DNA of 64,000 nucleotides from Scyliorhinus canicula (Eukaryota): NCBI RefSeq assembly GCF_902713615.1, contig NC_052151.1, positions 201,837,703 to 201,901,702 on the forward strand. The letters run 5' to 3'. Both the position numbers and the translations under genes were made by a program. The notes beneath the pieces were generated by a model that was given only the letters and a program-made list of their open reading frames with translations, did no database searches and was not told where the DNA came from. Positions 61,731 through 64,000 of this stretch are shown here, piece after piece (within the stretch, counting starts at the first letter, position 1; each line of letters starts with the position of its first letter).

Positions 61731-62759
61731 TTGGGGGATATTTGGGGTTTTGATGATGAGATTAAAGAGACAGATCAGATCCTAATGACCCAGTCAACAC
61801 CTCCCCTTGTCCCTTTACCGGACTGCTAATTGTGTGGGGGAGGGTTGAAGTGTGATTGGATGATGGGCCAAGGGAGGCTTCACTCAGACCTGACAGGGTC
61901 TCACTCACTGGTCGGTGTCAGAGAGCAGCCCGGCCATTGGACGGCTGTGCAGCCGACAATTGACACTGGGGTGAAGAAAGGAAACCAGGGCTGGCCGGAG
62001 GTTGTTCCAATAATTAGATTGAGCCACAGACTGACGAGAAGACCAGAGTAATTCAGTCACAGAGTGGAGCTGGAATTCACTATTCCCCTGCTTTTTTGGG
62101 GTTGGAGATGGGTGTGTGGGGTGGGGAGTAGGTGTGGGGGGAGCAGGGGGGAGGAAAATAGAGCCCCGTCTGCAACCTGCCGTAGAATAGAACCATTGAA
62201 CCCAAACAGTACCAAAGGAGGCCATTTGGCCCATCGAGTCTGCACCATTACTCTGAGAGGATCCTATCTAGGCCCACTCCTCCGCCCTATCCCTGAAGCC
62301 CCACCTTGCGCATGTGCGGCCACGGACCCAGAAATGCTGCGGGCCGTATCGGCAACGAGACTCCAGTGCTCTACGCTGCCTCCCTGCTAACCCCCAGCAA
62401 AACGGGGAATCGATGGCCGTTTGCCGCCAGTTTTCCTGGCGTAAAACCCACCGTTTTCACGACGGAGTGGGAACCTAGTCTCTCAAATGGAGAATCCAAC
62501 ACCCTGTTCCATTTAAAGTTCCACTCAGGATCCTGGATGTAAATAATGCCGTATCTACTGCCCCCACGAGAGTAAGTGTCTCCACTGACAATATGTTTTT
62601 CACCAGTTGTAATAAGCCGAACAGCGCAGATGGAGATTTTCCCGTGTGGTTCGAGGGGTAAGATCTCCCTCGTTTATTACTGGGCTGATACCCTGTTGTC
62701 TATCAGGTCGGTCTGATTGGAACTGACCAACAGAGAGAGAGACAGACAGATGACCCAGT

Positions 62760-63370
62760 GAGGTCAAGCCGGGTGGGAGAATCGCCGGGGCACCGCACGA
62801 ATCGCGCCACGCAGCCCCAACCCCACACGCGGGGTTCTCCCCCCCCACCCCCCCGAAACCAGCACCACGCTGGGCCACTCGGAGATTCGCCGCAAACGGC
62901 AAGAGGCGATTCTCTGGACCAGATGGGCCGAGCGGCCGCTATGACACGACAGGTTCCCGCCAGCGCCGTCCACCCCTGGTCTCTGCCGACGGGAACTCTG
63001 CGGGAACGCTGGAGGGGCGGCCTGTGGGGTGGGGGGGGGGGGCGGGGGGGGGTCGGAGGGGTGCTCCTTCACCGGGGAGGGCCTCCGATGGGGTCTGGCC
63101 CACAATCGGGGCCCACCAATCGGTGGGCCGGCCTCTCCGCCCCCCCCGGGCCTACCTCCTTACGCTGGCGGCCCCAGAACACCGGCGCCATGTTGATGAG
63201 GGGCCAGCGCGCCGGCTGCCCCAACTGCGCATGCGCGGGTTAGCGCGGGGCCCATTTGGCACTGCGTAAGGAGCCAGAATAGGTCGTGCCCGGGCCCTGT
63301 TCGCGCTGCTGTGAAAGGCGACGGTGTTCACGATGGCGCGGGGATTTGGTCCGCCTCGCGGAGAATCGCC
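62760..63370. mobile_element. GC-rich MITE (Harbinger-like family)
   Basis: GGGAGAATCGCCGG..GGAGAATCGCCCGC termini motifs and GCGCATGCGC core shared with the other MITEs. Confidence 0.6.
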
Positions 63371-63659
63371 CGCTGTATATTTTTAGTTTCCCGTGTCTAA
63401 GGGCAACATTTACCTTTCTCCCCCAGGGGAACAATTATACAACCTCCCGCACTCAAAAATCAATCACAGAGATTAACATAGGATGTGTCACGATAAACAA
63501 CCAGTTTCAGCTGTCTAATGTCACCTAAAGGTGGAAATTTCAAAACACAATTCTCCAATTTGGATTTTGTCAATGTTCGCTCGAACGATTTCTTCAACAT
63601 TGGGATTGTTGATTTTAGAGCTTAGTTCTAAAGCATCGCTGTGCCACCCTGTTCTGCCT

Positions 63660-64000
63660 AACGCCATTGAGGTGCGCCGGTGTCAGGAGGGGGGAATTTG
63701 GAGGGATTGGAGATGGCCGTTGTCTCCTTGGTGACAGGCCCAGGGTTGGCCTCCAGCATTTCCTCTTCCCTGACGTTTCCCGTAGGCCCTGGAGGAATCC
63801 ATGGGATGGAGGAGCAGCTGGAGTGAGCTCCAGAGATGTCTGAGTGATCTGGCTGTGCCAGTCCTGGAGGCTCCCATTGTCTGCCCCATGATGCCGATGC
63901 CCTGAACTATGCTGCCCAGTGACTGGGCCACACTTTGGAGTGCCTTGGCAATGTCCATCTGGGACATGTCCCTCAACGGCTGGGTCAAGACGTTGAGGCC
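63660..64000 (-). mobile_element. Possible Harbinger-associated ORF fragment
   Basis: QMDIAKALQSVAQSLGSIVQGIGIMGQTM heptad-like segment recalls fish/shark Harbinger Myb/SANT-partner ORFs; recognition from memory only. Confidence 0.3.

Noticed and set aside
61900-61957. Alternative first exon for gene B (MAGLLSDTD|GTGAGT)
   Set aside because: Wrong phase for the V exon and not hydrophobic; 61626-61680 fits and is conserved in the pseudogene.

Overview
Vertebrate DNA with a cartilaginous-fish repeat landscape (CR1, L2, Rex1 and L1 LINEs, tRNA-derived SINEs, Gypsy LTR elements, GC-rich MITEs). A shark, possibly a catshark, is inferred from the repeats and is not proven. The genic content is a small CD2/SLAM-family Ig-receptor cluster, reconstructed by hand from splice sites. 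Gene A (+) has V exon 150-470, C2 exon 2151-2447, TM exon 16143-16268 (GC donor) and tail exons 18310-18428 and 19380-19475 carrying two ITSMs (TIYALV, TVYDTV); its leader exon lies outside the window. Gene B (-) has leader 61626-61680, V 60612-60932, C2 56833-57132 and TM 50066-50175 (261 aa). Its ectodomain is nearly the same as gene A's, but it has an unrelated TM with a Lys at the outer edge, a CCSPC stalk and a 3-residue tail. A gutted third paralog (leader with a nonsense codon plus 3' flank, Ig and TM exons deleted) lies between them. The most interesting signal is therefore an inverted paired-receptor or receptor-ligand SLAM system: shared, apparently gene-converted and diversifying ectodomains sit on different signalling modules, and homology ends in a shared 69-bp satellite. 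Secondary signals are Gypsy elements whose primer-binding site is complementary to their own LTR poly(A) region, nested TE insertions with TSDs, and minisatellites born from TE coding sequence. Exon and TSD coordinates were counted by hand; boundaries of degraded repeats are approximate.
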